Source: a virus
DNA length: 64,000 nucleotides
Strand: one strand, 5' to 3'
IMG/VR virus record: IMGVR_UViG_3300020193_000003
Numbering within the stretch: the first letter of the stretch is position 1; every line of letters starts with the position of its first letter. A program made the translations under genes and the position numbers. Below, piece by piece: positions 1-10,192 of the stretch. The notes under the pieces were generated by a model, which searched no databases, was not told the origin of the DNA, and saw only the letters and a program-made list of their open reading frames with translations.

Positions 1-1
1 G

Positions 2-3000
2 AGGGACAGGGACGCCGGAGGGAAGGTGGGCCTCGTCTTCTCCTACCCGAGCTCGGTCAAGGACAAGCCGGGCGTGAAGGAGGACAGGAACAGGACCATC
101 TTCAACCCACTTGTCGTGTACGGCGAGTACGACAAAACCATCGGCGAGACCCGGATCCTCGTGACGGACGACCGAGGCATAACGAGGCTCGTCCCGATGT
201 CGCAAGTTGACCTGTCCAAGCTCGCAACCGACGAGGAGAGACTCGGGGACCACTCCAGCAATTACGACGTGCAGGTCGGGGACCTCAACGCATACGTGGT
301 CGGCGACGAATACGTGGACGGGAAGAAGCAGAGGAGAGTGTTCAGCACCGACAGGATGAAGCCAGCGAAACGCGACGACAACGAGAGCACGAAACCGGGA
401 CCGGCGACCAGTCAACCCACCGCTGGCACGACAAGCCGGGCGGCGGGCAGCCCGGACACGCGCGAGATCCCAATCGTTGCCAGCGACGCCGACGACGACA
501 ATCTCGCGGGCCAGATCGAAACCAGACCCGACGAGTTCGACGCAGTGACGCTCGATCCCCGGCCCGAGTACGTTGCACCCGGCGCCGGGGTCGACGGGGC
601 GAAACCCACGGCGAGGGAGGTCGCGTGGGGCTTGGCGCGCAACGACCCCAAGGCCATCAAAGCGGGTCGGGCGGACGAAAAAAGGCTGTGGGAGCGAATA
701 AAGCTGGGCACCCAGAAATGGATCGAAACCTGGAAAGCCAGGGCAGTTACAGACGAAGAGACCGGCGAGGAGGTGATAGACCCGAAAACGGGCCATGTCG
801 CCTTGAGAACGCCGTTCAGGAAGGCGTGGCGACCCTGGGGAAATCCGATCGGCCCCGACGGCAGGGAACTTCCAACAGGCATCAAGGCCGAGATGGACAG
901 AATCAGGAGCTGGCCTGAGTTCATGAACTTCATAAAGCGCAAGAAGCTCGTCTTCGTCGACTGGGAGACGACCGGCATTCCGATAGGCGAGATTGACACG
1001 GGTAGGCCCCTGCAAGTGGGCATCATCGTCGTCGAAAACGGGGATTTCGCAAACCCCAAACGACTCGAGGTGTGGATAGATCCCGCCGGCACGCCGCTGT
1101 CGGATTGGACGAAGAAGAATGTGAAGAAGAACGGCATCCCCGTCGGTCAAGCGCTAGCGACGACACCGGGCGAATTCGTGCCCGTCGACGAGGCGCGGCG
1201 CCGAATAGCGGAGGTCGTGGGGGCCGACGCGATAATCATCTCCCACAACCTCAGGAATTTCGACATGTCGCTGTGGAAGGAGGTGATGGGCGAATACCCC
1301 ATCGCCGGCTGGATGGACACGCTCGCCATCGCCAACTGGGTGTTCCACATCGACTCCTACAGGTTCAAGCAGATTCAAGCACACCTGAATGACTCTCCGT
1401 CTGCGAAGTCCGGTAAGAAAAACTACGACAGGGACATGAACCCGTTCGTCAACTGGATCTCAAAGGCCATCACGATCCGCGGGAGACATCCCCTATTCCC
1501 GCGTGCCAGGTCGTGGGGGGGAAGAGGTGGCAAACCAGACGCCCTCGACAGGATAGGACGCAGGGCCACCGGTCCGCTGAAGTACATACCAACGTTGAAA
1601 AAGGAGGGTCTCGGACAGTGGTACCCGAGGTTCTTTTCGTCCAACGCGCTCGAGGCGCTCGCCCGGTACTTCGGCGTGCCCGCAGAGGCGGGGCACGACG
1701 CAGTGGCGGACATAAACGTTACCGCCAAGGTGTTCCTGGAAATGGTGGCGCTCGCGGAGCGGTGGGGAAGGGCCGATCAGATGTTTGACCCAGAACTCGT
1801 GCGGTGGGCGCAGGCCCAGGTCGACGAGCAGTACGCGGCCGACCTCGAAGCTTGGAGAAGGCAGAGCGGCATCACGGAGCGACCACGCGAGAGATTGTTC
1901 GACCCGGAGGCGCCGACAGAGCCCAGCGGCGGAGACGCGCCAGGGGAACCGCGACCAGGGGGCGGTGGTGGTGGGGCGTCCACGCCCCCAGGCGGGGGAG
2001 ACACCCGACCACCGGGAGGCGGAGGGATGCCACCCACGGACGACGGAGACCCGAACAGGAGGCTTTTGTACCAGACGGCCTATGGGGTCCGCGTATACGA
2101 GACGCCCACGGGCATCCACTACGAATTCAAGTCGGTCTCACCCAAGGAGGGGCCGAGCTCCGCGACCGTCGCTTTCGCCACGTTCAACGAGGTGCGGGAG
2201 GGAGGATTCGCGATCGAGTTCAACTACGGCAGGAATCCGGACGGGTCGACGGCGGCGTACAGAATCATCTCAATCGAGCTGACGACCAAGTCAGGAATCA
2301 GCGGGTCGGAGGCAGCCGGGCCAAACGACTTGGTGGTCCACGGAATTGACCTCGCGGACGGGAAACTCAAGAAGTTTGATTTCGCCCAGATCAACGCAGG
2401 CGGCAACACCCCCCCGAGACCCAGCGAGCTGACGGAGCTTCCCGCGAACATATACGGTGTACGCACGGCGGCCGGCCCTGGGGGCAAACCGACGACGCCC
2501 GCCCAGTACGCCGACCACATGAGGAGGAGGGCCTTCGGGAGAAGGAGGTCGCCGGACGGACCGATCGCCGGCATGGCGGGCCTGACCAACAGGGACGGAG
2601 CGACGGACTCATCCTCCTACTGGGTCGCAACCACCGACGACGTGGCCATGGCGGACATGTCCGATGTCGAGCTATCCGAGCGACTCGCGGCGCACAGGCT
2701 CAGGTTCGAGAACGCGTTCCACTCGGGGCCGTCCTCAAACGCCGCCATGTCAAGGGCGCTCGATTCGGTCGCCGCCGCCAACAGGGTGATGAGAATCAGG
2801 TCAAACGACAGCACGGACCAAAACGGATTCTCCGTGTCGATGGGCAGGATGGGGTACAAGCTGACCGGCGAATTCAGGGCCCCACCGGGGGTCATGGACG
2901 GAAGCTACGAGCTCCCCGGTGAGTTCGTCGCCGACAGGGCCGAACTGGCCAGGAACGCCAACCTGTCGCTGATGCTCGACTACTCGGTCGCCAACGGGGA

Positions 3001-6000
3001 GATTGCGGAGGCCCTGGAGAGGGTCTCAAGGTTGTCGCGAGTCCCTAGGTCCGAGCTCCTCGGCAGGCTGTCGACGCACGACTACTCGATGTACTCGGAC
3101 GCAATCGCGTCAAGGGCGTTCAGGAACACGTCCGAGATGGTGTCCGATGGCGTCGCCACCCCCTCTTCGCTGGGAATGATAATTGACCCCGCCTCGGATC
3201 CGGCTAGCGCGGCGCGCGCCGTGGACTCGGCGCTGCGCAGGCTGGGGATCAACGCGCTGGACATTAGCAACGGGTTGAGGAGGGGAGGGAGGAACTACGC
3301 GCAAAGCGAGGCGGACGACCTCATCAACCAGTTCAACGAGTCGGTTTCGGACCTGTTCTCCTTCGACCATGACGGTAGGCGTTCCGATCCAGAGTTCAGG
3401 GTCAAGTCCGACGCAATCAAGGACAAGATAAGGGACTTGAGCGACGAGATCAGGAGGAGACACCTGTCTTCGCCGCAAACGGACGCGGAGGCCGGCATGG
3501 GTAACCCGGACCCCGACCTGCGCCGCTTGATGAGCGAGTTCACGCGACTCGCCCCCTCCATGAATTTCGAGGCCGCCACGGACGCAGGGTTTGACGAGGA
3601 TTGGAAGCGTCTCTCCGACCAGATAATCGACGACTTCGTCCGGCGGCCGGGCCGTGGGACGGAGCAGGCGTTCTCCTCGTTCGGCGATGCGCTGAAAGGC
3701 AGGGCGAGCGCTGTCGGTCGGGCTATCGACCGAATAATCGACCCGAGCAAAGCCCCCATCCCGGCAAATTCCCAATTGGGACGCGAGGTGGTCAAGTCCA
3801 CCGCGAAGATCCTCGCACTCATCTACGACCTGAGGTTCGGATCAACGGACATGCTCGGACTTCTGGCTTCCACGCCGGGGGCGGGCCCGGGCTCCGGAGT
3901 CAGCGGGCTGGACGTTACCTACAAAATGATCGATTCCGGCGCCGCCGTGCTGTTCGCCAGGGGCGGCCGAAGGGCGCTGGTTGCGTATCTGGTGGAGGCC
4001 GTGAGCCTCGGTCTGGTGCCTGCCTACAGGGCCATGGGGATTCTCGACAGGCTGTCCCCATCCCCCAGGACCGCGGCCATATCCTCGGGAGCCGAGGCGG
4101 CCATGGGCCGGTCGGGCGGTTCCTCGCCGTTCGGCGACGCCGACGGAATACCGATACTGAGCGGATCAAAGTGGTTCGACTCGCGGCTCCACGCCATGTT
4201 CGGTAGCGCAAATTACGAAAAGATAGCCACTTCGTTCGGGAACCGTTTCAGGACGCTGCCCGACAGGAGCTGGAACTCGCCGACCGACGACGACCTCGTC
4301 GACATCTACCACTACGCCACGATGCTCAACCACGACTCAATGATCGAGGACCTCGTCATAAGGGGCGACAGGGTGGACGCCGTCGACTTCTCCCAGTTTG
4401 ACGTGGCGGACGCGGGACAGACCCCCGTCGGGGTCACCGGGGTGATCGAGAGAGTCGCATCGTTCACGGGTCTACCTGCAGCGCAGGTCCTCGGCTTCGT
4501 TGAGAGAGGGCGCGACGTCGCGCTCGTGCGCCGACTCGCCGCCATGGACCCGGAGTCGAGGATAGAGCATGCGAATGCGATGCGTCGCAGACGCGCTTTC
4601 ATGAGGTTGGTCGAACAGAAGAAGGGCGAGCTGGGCGACGACTTCCCACTCTGGATGGCGGAGGCGTCGATCAGGCGAGACAGGGAGGAGAGTCGGTCCG
4701 GGGTCTTCGGCAACGATTTCGCCGAGCTTATGGACGACGAGACGAATAGGTTCTACGGCGAGACGCCAGCCTCGGCCCTCAAGAACATCTCCCGCTTCCT
4801 CGGGATGGACAAACCCCCCACGAAGATGACGCAGAGCGAACCGCGTCGCGACGGGGAGGCTGGCATGGCTGGCAAGAAACCCTTCATCAGGCAACGCTAC
4901 GACTTCAAGCCGGTCGACGGCGGCTTCGTGATCATAGACACCGACAACAGGAACGCAATTTCAAGCAGGGTTTTCAAGGACAGGAGGGAGGCCCTGCGAG
5001 GGGCCGAACGCATGGACAGGGGAGACAAGACGTTCGACCCGTTCGCCCCCCCGCCGTCGGAGCCAAAGACCGCGACGGAGGTCGTGGCGGAGGACCCGAG
5101 GATGCAGGAGATGTCCGATCCCGGCAGGCGACCGACGCTGTTTGACGACGACGGTGACGCGAATGCGGGGATGTCGAGCACCGGGTTGCCCAGCACGCTG
5201 AGGTTCGTCGCGAGGAACAGCGGGAAGCAACAGGTCAGCATGGACAACGTCCGCTCGGCCATGTCGGAGTACGAATCCGGTCGAGCGTCAATCCCCTTCC
5301 CATCACCCGACGACGCGCCGGTCTCGAGACTGATCGGCGGGTACGCATCCAGCGACTCCGCCCTGCACACCGTCCTCGGAAGGATAGAACAACTGGCGCC
5401 CACCGACGACTCCGCCGCCAAGCAGGAGGAGATGAGGGGTCTCGTACAGAATCTCTCGAAACTCCAGCGGAGGAGGAACTACTTCTACAACCAGCTGATG
5501 GAGAGACTCGACCCGGGTGACCCGGATTTCGAGACGCTTGAGTCTTGGCACTCTCAGAGGGCTGGCATCGCCAGGGAGTCCTCGAGCCGGTTCGGCGTCG
5601 GGAGCCTGCCCGTCTACATACTCCCGAGGGGTGCGGAAACGGACGACGCGCAGGCCGGCGCCAACTCGCCAAGCTACATGCGCGCCTCCGGCGACGTGTC
5701 CTCGCTAGAGGTCGTCAGCAACGACGCGGCGGACAGGATCGGATCGTTGATCGGCTCGTCCGACTACTCGGTACGGGAAAGGTACGACGAAGTAATCAGG
5801 TCGGTGCAGCGCGACGTCGCGCGAATTTCCCGCATGACTGGGCAATCGATGGTCAAGTTCGGACAGAACTCGGTCAGGATAGGGGCGCAACTGCTGGCCA
5901 TGGCCGACAGGACGGACGGGAGCGACCGAGAACTGCTCAGGAGGGAGCTGATATCGGCGGGTCTATCGCGGATGCTCTCCGACGGCGGCGTGAGACTCGG

Positions 6001-6265
6001 ACTGGCCTACCTCGTCAACGCCGTGGACGTGGGCCTGCTGACGCACTCGCAGGCGAAGGAGATCCTGAGGAGGGAGAGACGGAAGGCGAACAAGCCGAGG
6101 ACGGAAATGACCAAGCCCGAGGGGCTGATGGCGCGCGGCCAGATGTCTCGCCTCGTCTCCGAGCTGATGGGACCCGGCCTGTCGTCGAAGTCGGCCGAGA
6201 CCGCGGCGAGGGGCAAGCGCCTGTCAATGATTACGGAAACGGTGGGGTCGGTCCTTGCCGAATAG
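2..6265 (+). CDS. Giant multi-domain protein, 5'-truncated (>2079 aa): WYL-like, DEDDh 3'-5' exonuclease, second WYL-like, then AGM-delimited modules
   Basis: Frame is open to the window edge. DnaQ-type motifs VFVDWETTG (~950), SHNLRNFD (~1240), MDTL and HDAVAD (~1694). Linkers DGPIAGM 2555, DAEAGM 3482, GAEAAM 4088, DGEAGM 4850, DANAGM 5156. Confidence 0.85.
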   Translation, partial: RDRDAGGKVGLVFSYPSSVKDKPGVKEDRNRTIFNPLVVYGEYDKTIGETRILVTDDRGITRLVPMSQVDLSKLATDEERLGDHSSNYDVQVGDLNAYVVGDEYVDGKKQRRVFSTDRMKPAKRDDNESTKPGPATSQPTAGTTSRAAGSPDTREIPIVASDADDDNLAGQIETRPDEFDAVTLDPRPEYVAPGAGVDGAKPTAREVAWGLARNDPKAIKAGRADEKRLWERIKLGTQKWIETWKARAVTDEETGEEVIDPKTGHVALRTPFRKAWRPWGNPIGPDGRELPTGIKAEMDRIRSWPEFMNFIKRKKLVFVDWETTGIPIGEIDTGRPLQVGIIVVENGDFANPKRLEVWIDPAGTPLSDWTKKNVKKNGIPVGQALATTPGEFVPVDEARRRIAEVVGADAIIISHNLRNFDMSLWKEVMGEYPIAGWMDTLAIANWVFHIDSYRFKQIQAHLNDSPSAKSGKKNYDRDMNPFVNWISKAITIRGRHPLFPRARSWGGRGGKPDALDRIGRRATGPLKYIPTLKKEGLGQWYPRFFSSNALEALARYFGVPAEAGHDAVADINVTAKVFLEMVALAERWGRADQMFDPELVRWAQAQVDEQYAADLEAWRRQSGITERPRERLFDPEAPTEPSGGDAPGEPRPGGGGGGASTPPGGGDTRPPGGGGMPPTDDGDPNRRLLYQTAYGVRVYETPTGIHYEFKSVSPKEGPSSATVAFATFNEVREGGFAIEFNYGRNPDGSTAAYRIISIELTTKSGISGSEAAGPNDLVVHGIDLADGKLKKFDFAQINAGGNTPPRPSELTELPANIYGVRTAAGPGGKPTTPAQYADHMRRRAFGRRRSPDGPIAGMAGLTNRDGATDSSSYWVATTDDVAMADMSDVELSERLAAHRLRFENAFHSGPSSNAAMSRALDSVAAANRVMRIRSNDSTDQNGFSVSMGRMGYKLTGEFRAPPGVMDGSYELPGEFVADRAELARNANLSLMLDYSVANGEIAEALERVSRLSRVPRSELLGRLSTHDYSMYSDAIASRAFRNTSEMVSDGVATPSSLGMIIDPASDPASAARAVDSALRRLGINALDISNGLRRGGRNYAQSEADDLINQFNESVSDLFSFDHDGRRSDPEFRVKSDAIKDKIRDLSDEIRRRHLSSPQTDAEAGMGNPDPDLRRLMSEFTRLAPSMNFEAATDAGFDEDWKRLSDQIIDDFVRRPGRGTEQAFSSFGDALKGRASAVGRAIDRIIDPSKAPIPANSQLGREVVKSTAKILALIYDLRFGSTDMLGLLASTPGAGPGSGVSGLDVTYKMIDSGAAVLFARGGRRALVAYLVEAVSLGLVPAYRAMGILDRLSPSPRTAAISSGAEAAMGRSGGSSPFGDADGIPILSGSKWFDSRLHAMFGSANYEKIATSFGNRFRTLPDRSWNSPTDDDLVDIYHYATMLNHDSMIEDLVIRGDRVDAVDFSQFDVADAGQTPVGVTGVIERVASFTGLPAAQVLGFVERGRDVALVRRLAAMDPESRIEHANAMRRRRAFMRLVEQKKGELGDDFPLWMAEASIRRDREESRSGVFGNDFAELMDDETNRFYGETPASALKNISRFLGMDKPPTKMTQSEPRRDGEAGMAGKKPFIRQRYDFKPVDGGFVIIDTDNRNAISSRVFKDRREALRGAERMDRGDKTFDPFAPPPSEPKTATEVVAEDPRMQEMSDPGRRPTLFDDDGDANAGMSSTGLPSTLRFVARNSGKQQVSMDNVRSAMSEYESGRASIPFPSPDDAPVSRLIGGYASSDSALHTVLGRIEQLAPTDDSAAKQEEMRGLVQNLSKLQRRRNYFYNQLMERLDPGDPDFETLESWHSQRAGIARESSSRFGVGSLPVYILPRGAETDDAQAGANSPSYMRASGDVSSLEVVSNDAADRIGSLIGSSDYSVRERYDEVIRSVQRDVARISRMTGQSMVKFGQNSVRIGAQLLAMADRTDGSDRELLRRELISAGLSRMLSDGGVRLGLAYLVNAVDVGLLTHSQAKEILRRERRKANKPRTEMTKPEGLMARGQMSRLVSELMGPGLSSKSAETAARGKRLSMITETVGSVLAE

Positions 6266-6297
6266 CTACTATTGCAGTCATACAACAAACAGTCTTC

Positions 6298-6310
6298 TAC
6301 AATTGGAGGG
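6298..6310 (+). promoter_or_regulatory. Putative -10 box (TACAAT) followed by Shine-Dalgarno GGAGG for ATG 6314
   Basis: AT-rich gap after the 6265 stop: TACAAT-TGGAGGG-ACC-ATG. No well-spaced -35. Confidence 0.4.
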
Positions 6311-6313
6311 ACC

Positions 6314-8116
6314 ATGAAATACGCCGGAACATACAATGTAAAGTCGATGACGTCCGCCTACCAATTCGCCCTTGGCGAACTGGCGATGATGGAGGAGGAC
6401 GAACCCGAGGACGAGGTGCTTCTGCCGATACCGCAATCGGAACTGTTCTACGCAAAATCGGCCATAGACGCGGTCCTCTCCGACTACGACATGAAGTCAA
6501 GCGCGGTGCCCGACGGGATCATCCTTTACGACGCGAAGACTATCGGTCCGAGCCTGATCAATGAGCTGAAGCACGCACTGAACGAGGTCCAGATCAAGGC
6601 CCTCGGGGCGACGATCGGCGGAGCTAGGCCGGCGGCCGGTGGCGGCGCCGCCGGGGACATGATCGACAGGGACTCAGACGGATACATCTACGACGGAACT
6701 CCGCAGGAGCAGAGGGTCCCGTACAAGCGACGCGACAACAAGCCGGTCGGCGGAGGCGCGCCGGAGGGGATGGAGCTGCGACGCAGGCAATTCGTGCGAA
6801 GCGAGGCCGCCAGGCAGGGCGTGCAACTCAACCGTGGTCCGAAACGATCGGAGCAGGAGAGAAGGTTCAGGACCGAGGCGAGGGCGAGATTCGACAGAAT
6901 AGCGCTCGAGGGTCAGGGCTTCATCCCGCCGGACAGGATAGAAGCGAGCGACAAGCGCAACTTCGAGAACCGGATGGGCGACGTGAACGCAGGGCGCGTC
7001 GACGATCAGGGCAGGAGCGGTTTCGGTTACGGCGGCGAGCGCGACACGTCGTTCGAGGACAACGAGTATCGCAGACAGCAGGGACTGCGCGACACCTCGT
7101 TCGAGGACAACGAGGACAGGCGCAACGAGGGCAAACGCCCACCCGACACCTCCTTCCAGGACAACGAGGACGCACGCAACAGGGGCAAGCGCCCCGCCGG
7201 GAGACCAGTTGACAGGTTGCCAGGAGCAGGCGGACCAAGCGGGAGTCTCAACCCAGGACAACGAGGGGCCAGACCCGACACGTCGTCAGAGGACGCCGAG
7301 TATCGCAGACAGCAGGGAATGCGCCCAGCAGGTAGACCCGTGGACAGGTTGCCAGGGGCTGCCGGACCAAGCGGGAATCTCAACCCAGGACAACGAGGGG
7401 CCAGACCCGACACGTCAAATCAACGAGCGGAAGACGCTCGCAATCAAGGCAAGCGCCCCGCAGGAAGGCCCGTGGACAGGTTGCCGGGAGCAGGCGGTCC
7501 CGGCTACGACGACTCGTTCAGGGACAACGAAAACCGCCGTCTGGAAGGCAAGCGCCCACCCGACACGTCCAACCAGCGAGCCGAAGACGCGCGCAATCAG
7601 GGCAAGCGGCCCGCCGGGAGACCAGTTGACAGGTTGCCAGGAGCAGGCGGACCAAGCGGGAATCTCAACCCAGGACAACGAGGGGCCAGACCCGACACGT
7701 CAAATCAACGCGCCGAGGACGCCCGCAATCAAGGCAAGCGCCCAGCCGGTAGGCCCGTGGACAGGTTGCCCGGGGCTGGCGGACCTGGTTACGACGACTC
7801 GTTCAGGGACAACGAAAACCGCCGCCTGCAAGGCAAGCGCCCACCCGACACGTCGAACCAGAGAGCGGAGAGCGCGCGTCAAGCCGGCGCTCGTCCACAA
7901 AGACCAGTGGACAGACTGCAAGAACCGGGTGGACCAAGCAGAAATCTCAACCCAGGACGACGAGGAGCCAGACCCGACACGTCGAACCAGAGGGCCGAGA
8001 GCGCGCGTCAGAATCGCGCGCGCCCGAATCGCCCGGCTGACAGATTGTCGGGGGCCAACAGAGCGCGCAGGTTCCCCAGGGGGCGGAGCGACTACTACTA
8101 CGGTGGCGAAGCGTAA
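6314..8116 (+). CDS. Repeat-rich Arg/Gly/Pro protein (600 aa) with the shared KALG...DxDxDG module; putative head-internal protein
   Basis: GGAGG before ATG 6314. IKALGATIGG...DMIDRDSDGYIYDGTP nearly matches the 58732 protein. The C-terminal half is mosaic tandem repeats. Confidence 0.8.
   Translation: MKYAGTYNVKSMTSAYQFALGELAMMEEDEPEDEVLLPIPQSELFYAKSAIDAVLSDYDMKSSAVPDGIILYDAKTIGPSLINELKHALNEVQIKALGATIGGARPAAGGGAAGDMIDRDSDGYIYDGTPQEQRVPYKRRDNKPVGGGAPEGMELRRRQFVRSEAARQGVQLNRGPKRSEQERRFRTEARARFDRIALEGQGFIPPDRIEASDKRNFENRMGDVNAGRVDDQGRSGFGYGGERDTSFEDNEYRRQQGLRDTSFEDNEDRRNEGKRPPDTSFQDNEDARNRGKRPAGRPVDRLPGAGGPSGSLNPGQRGARPDTSSEDAEYRRQQGMRPAGRPVDRLPGAAGPSGNLNPGQRGARPDTSNQRAEDARNQGKRPAGRPVDRLPGAGGPGYDDSFRDNENRRLEGKRPPDTSNQRAEDARNQGKRPAGRPVDRLPGAGGPSGNLNPGQRGARPDTSNQRAEDARNQGKRPAGRPVDRLPGAGGPGYDDSFRDNENRRLQGKRPPDTSNQRAESARQAGARPQRPVDRLQEPGGPSRNLNPGRRGARPDTSNQRAESARQNRARPNRPADRLSGANRARRFPRGRSDYYYGGEA
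7040..8060 (+). repeat. In-frame mosaic tandem repeats (RPAGRPVDRLPGAGGP / SGNLNPGQRGARPDTS / NQRAEDARNQGK / GYDDSFRDNENRR)
   Basis: About 6-7 copies of the RPVDRL unit are visible in DNA and protein, with synonymous divergence between copies. Confidence 0.9.
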
Positions 8117-8128
8117 ACGAGCGAGTCA

Positions 8129-8332
8129 ATGAACGGTAGACCAAGCGGCGAGTACACCCGCGGGAACCGTGTTATGGGTTATGATAAACCTACACAAAAT
8201 AACGCAGTCAAATTGAAATATCACTGCATTGCGACGGGCGAGAAACGCCAGTTTCCATGCGGCAGTTGCGTCAACCACAAGGGTTGCCTAGCGACGACGA
8301 TGCAATACAAGGAGCGAAAACATGGAACCTGA
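8129..8332 (+). CDS. Small Cys4 (zinc-knuckle-like) protein; start may be ATG 8173
   Basis: HCIATGEKRQFPCGSCVNHKGC resembles MCKATGETVMEPCAECKGDC in the next gene. Fills the intergenic gap. Confidence 0.55.
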   Translation: MNGRPSGEYTRGNRVMGYDKPTQNNAVKLKYHCIATGEKRQFPCGSCVNHKGCLATTMQYKERKHGT

Positions 8333-10181
8333 GACCGGAACACCAACCGTAAAGATCGGGGAAGACGGTCAGGTCCTGCAGTGCGCCAAGGGTGCCGAGA
8401 CGGCGGCCTGCGGCTACAAGGCCGGGGACTCCGTTTGCGCGGCATGCGGCGCCACGGCGATCGAGGTCAAGATGTACGGCGACGACGGGGCCGACGGAAT
8501 GATGTGCAAGGCGACTGGCGAGACGGTGATGGAACCCTGCGCCGAGTGCAAGGGCGACTGCTCCATGATGGCCTTCAAGGGCGAAATGCCGGAAGAGCTG
8601 CTTGCGAGATTCAAGAAGAAGAAAAAGAAGAAGAAGGGTGGCAAGAACCCGTTTGCGGAGGCGGACGAGGAAGACGAAGAGATGTCGGAGAAGGTCGCCA
8701 TGTACGGCGCCCCCCCAGCGAGGGCCTACGGCGACTTCGTGGACGACGAGGAGCTCGGGATCATGCCCGAGGACGGCGAGGAACTGGATATCGAGGAGCC
8801 GGAAATGGACGACCCGGACGAGGAGATTTCGGAGTCCATCGCCATGGGCACGCCCCCGCAAAGGAAGAGGAAGAGTGCCTACGTGGACGAACCTCGTCGC
8901 AGTAGCGAATACGAAGAAGAAGAAGAAGAAGACGAGCTCGAGGAAATGATGGACGAGCCGAACGAGGAGGAGATGGAGGAGGACGCCGAGACAATGGGCT
9001 ACGGCATGTACAGGAAGTCCGACTACGCGGACGCCCGACTCGCATCCATGGGTTTCAAGCAGGGCGAGATGGGCGAGAGCCCGTTCATTTGCGCGATAGA
9101 GAGGAAGCTGTACCCAGCGAACTCCCCGGTGTGCGAGAACTGCCCCGGTGGTTGCGTGAAGGAGGGCGACATGCCCGCGCTCCTGGAGATGGAGGGCGTC
9201 GCCGAGGACATGTTCAGGGGCAAGGTGCTGGACTCCGGCTACTCCGACAAGGCCGACATCTTCGTGATCGACGTGGAGCGCAAGGACGGAAAGCCGGTCG
9301 AGGCGTTCTTTGACGGAACCACGGGCGAGTGCATGGGTTGGCACCTGTTGAACGACGAGGTGCTCAACGTGAAATCGGGATTCCAGCCGACGCAAATGAT
9401 CGGATTCTCGGAGGCGGCGCAGATCGCGACGAAGAGCATCAACGGCGACGTGGTGTCCGTCGAGGCAGACGTGTTTGAGGGGTTCGACAGTTACGCGGTG
9501 GAGGTGGAGGGAGTGGACGGCAAGTCCTACGACGTGTTCGTGTCGCTTGACGGCGAGGTGCTCGGCTACGACACCTACACGCAACAGGAGGCCTTCGCCA
9601 TCGAGTCCGAGGCGGCGGAAATAGCACTCAAGCGCGCCTACGGCGACGACGTCAGGAAGCAGATGGCCGAGCGCGGCGACGCCATGGAGGACGGGGAGAT
9701 GCCCATCGCAAACGACTCGGACCTGAGGAACGCCGTGATGTCGTGGCCGAGGTCCAAGAAGCGCACCGAGGCGAAGGAGCACATCATGGCGAGGGCCAGG
9801 GTCCTCGGTCTCGAAAAATCGCTCCCCGACGAGTGGTTGCAGGAGAAGAAGCAGAACGAGGAGGCGAAGGGGGACGCCAACTTCCTCTCGAGTCTTGCCG
9901 AGTTCGAGCTGATCACCGAGGAGATCAAGTCGTCCAACTCCGAGGAGGATGAGGCTGAGCTGTACTTCAAGCGGATGTTCAGTGACGAGCAACGCGAGAG
10001 CGAGGCCAAGAAGGGCAACGCCCTGCCCGACGGCTCGTACCCGATAGCCAACGAAACGGATCTCAAGAACGCGATCCAGGCGTACGGCAGGGCCAAGGAC
10101 AAGGACAAAGCCAGGGCCCATATCGTCAAGCGCGCCAAGGCCCTCGGTAAAGAGGATTTGATTCCGGAAAACTGGAACTAG
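8322..10181 (+). CDS. 619 aa acidic protein: Cys4 knuckles, two PepSY-like domains, two C-terminal DUF6582-like repeats
   Basis: AAGGAG Shine-Dalgarno. PepSY-like IGFSEAAQIATKSINGDVVSVE...YAVEV...YDVFVSLDGEVL plus an upstream copy. Duplicated G(D/N)A(M/L)xDGxxPIANxxDL(R/K)NA...A(K/R)xHIxxRA unit. Confidence 0.8.
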   Translation: MEPETGTPTVKIGEDGQVLQCAKGAETAACGYKAGDSVCAACGATAIEVKMYGDDGADGMMCKATGETVMEPCAECKGDCSMMAFKGEMPEELLARFKKKKKKKKGGKNPFAEADEEDEEMSEKVAMYGAPPARAYGDFVDDEELGIMPEDGEELDIEEPEMDDPDEEISESIAMGTPPQRKRKSAYVDEPRRSSEYEEEEEEDELEEMMDEPNEEEMEEDAETMGYGMYRKSDYADARLASMGFKQGEMGESPFICAIERKLYPANSPVCENCPGGCVKEGDMPALLEMEGVAEDMFRGKVLDSGYSDKADIFVIDVERKDGKPVEAFFDGTTGECMGWHLLNDEVLNVKSGFQPTQMIGFSEAAQIATKSINGDVVSVEADVFEGFDSYAVEVEGVDGKSYDVFVSLDGEVLGYDTYTQQEAFAIESEAAEIALKRAYGDDVRKQMAERGDAMEDGEMPIANDSDLRNAVMSWPRSKKRTEAKEHIMARARVLGLEKSLPDEWLQEKKQNEEAKGDANFLSSLAEFELITEEIKSSNSEEDEAELYFKRMFSDEQRESEAKKGNALPDGSYPIANETDLKNAIQAYGRAKDKDKARAHIVKRAKALGKEDLIPENWN

Positions 10182-10192
10182 GGGGGATCGAG

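Noticed and set aside
6272-6303. Full sigma70-type promoter TTGCAG...TACAAT
   Set aside because: The 20 nt spacer is too long; only the -10 box is retained, at low confidence.
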